Shown here: positions 63,578-64,000 of the stretch, piece after piece
How positions within the stretch are numbered: position 1 is the stretch's first letter
How the letters are laid out: every line of letters starts with the position of its first letter
Assembly: GCA_963706595.1 (NCBI GenBank)
Contig: OY970166.1
Coordinates: 2,400,001 to 2,464,000, forward strand
Direction: 5' to 3'
DNA: 64,000 nucleotides
Origin: an uncultured cyanobacterium
Lineage (GTDB): Bacteria; Cyanobacteriota; Cyanobacteriia; Cyanobacteriales; Nostocaceae
Translations under genes and position numbers: made by a program
Notes under the pieces: model-generated
The model's input: only the letters and a program-made list of their open reading frames with translations
The model's database searches: none
What the model was told of the DNA's origin: nothing

Positions 63578-64000
63578 ATGAGTGATTACGTAATTGAATG
63601 TCACAACTTAGAGACGGCTTATGTTGGCTCTTTGAATCGTCCGATCCTCAACAATATTAACTGTCAAATTAAGCAAGGTGAATTTGTTGTACTGTAGGAC
63701 TCAATGGTGCTGGTAAATCTACATTATTGCGATCGCTTGTAGGGTTAGTACCATTAGTCAGGGAGAAGTTGGCATCAACGGCGTGGCATAAATAACCGCA
63801 CACTTCCCCAAATCCGCCGTGATATCGGAATGTTGTTTCAAGGCGGTGGGTTAATTCCTCAGTTATCAGCAATTAAAAATGTATTATGCGGTAGGCTTGG
63901 CACAAGAACAACTTGGCAAACACTATTCGGCTTTCCTAAACGCGATGCCTCCTAGCATTAGAATTACTGGAAGAGTTGGGTTTAAGAGACTTAGCCTATC
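63578..64000 (+). CDS. phnC: Phosphonate/phosphate ABC ATP-binding protein (partial; about four single-base deletions)
   Basis: Pieced across frames: MSDYVIECHNL...GEFVV.LGLNGAGKSTLLR...IRRDIGMLFQ...NVLCGRLG. Confidence 0.72.

Overview
This is a chromosomal window from a heterocyst-forming cyanobacterium (Nostocales; inferred from frequent HIP1 GCGATCGC octamers, STRR heptamer repeats, and an nrrA gene with an NtcA promoter). The housekeeping backbone includes dnaK, aspS, rsmD, hisH, dnaJ, glgC, rpoZ, tRNA-Pro, csaB, hisA, nrrA, grxD/bolA, tadA, grxC, glpX, hemA, natA/natC, pgi and the start of phnC. Accessory DNA is interspersed: a nonsense-inactivated tnpB IS element, a ~1790-codon RTX/PPC-repeat secreted protein, several intact and decayed toxin-antitoxin modules, two copies of a 'small protein + retroviral-like aspartic protease' pair, an AT-rich nuclease islet beside tRNA-Pro, and many tiny mobile repeats. 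The best candidate for an undescribed system is a three-gene operon at 58790-62948. It encodes a double winged-helix-like protein, a P-loop ATPase, and a DUF1802-like/PD-(D/E)XK nuclease fusion, and it looks like an anti-phage or modification-dependent restriction system. Several single-base frameshifts look like sequencing artefacts. All family assignments are from motif recognition, not database searches.
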